From Harriotta raleighana (taxonomy: Eukaryota): a stretch of 64,000 bases of DNA. The position numbers and the translations under genes were made by a program. How positions within the stretch are numbered: position 1 is the stretch's first letter; every line of letters begins with the position of its first letter. The notes beneath the pieces were generated by a model that saw nothing but the letters and a program-made list of their open reading frames with translations, made no database searches and was not told the DNA's origin. Location: the NCBI GenBank assembly GCA_050575255.1, contig JBNZDD010013635.1, positions 592,947 to 656,946 of the forward strand, in the 5' to 3' direction. Shown in pieces: positions 63,566-64,000 of this stretch.

Positions 63566-64000
63566 GCTGCTGTGCGCAATTGGCTGCCGCATTTCGCCCA
63601 CAAATATACAGTCAATTCACTTTACGGTATATTCTGCGCTTTGAGATCCTGATAAGACATGAAAAGCGCTATATCAAATGCAAGTATTACTATTAAGACT
63701 AACAATAATCATTGCATTTGATATCGCGCCCTATCACACCTTCGAGGCATCTCAAAGCGTGTCACAGCATGTTCTGTAGAGTGGTTTGACTGTGTATTGT
63801 GATGATAAAATTTACATTGGTATACATTTGTAACCCAACAACCNTGGTTGTGGGGATTAAAGCTGATCCTAACCAACTCCGCAGATACTTGAAGAACAGA
63901 ACAACAGTATAAAATAATGGAGAAGTAAGATTAATTTGCAGTAAAGTAGAAGAAGTTTATTGGAGCATTGACGAGGGCTCGGACAATCTTTTGTTGTACT

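Overview
Vertebrate genomic DNA, probably a cartilaginous fish (inferred from the repeat types). It holds three spliced genes in the known vertebrate block PCCB-MSL2-PPP2R3A. PCCB (minus strand) has 15 exons at 1902-13680 and encodes 554 aa; intron 14 is GC-AG. MSL2 (plus strand) has 2 coding exons at 15419-21865 and encodes 589 aa. It sits head-to-head with PCCB across a compact CpG-rich promoter about 1.7 kb long. The PR72-type isoform of PPP2R3A (minus strand) has 13 coding exons at 33127-57318 and encodes 516 aa; the PR130-specific exon is not in the window. Repeats include many tRNA-headed SINEs, L2 and CR1 3' fragments, two TA-flanked MITEs and Penelope-like palindromic remnants. The 57.7-64 kb region contains near-identical duplications joined by single Ns, most likely haplotype or assembly artefacts. 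I found no strongly supported novel system. The best leads are a phase-compatible alternative terminal exon in the MSL2 3' UTR, a uORF-dense MSL2 leader, and a CpG-rich intronic region of PPP2R3A with candidate extra exons. All coordinates were read by eye and no database searches were run.
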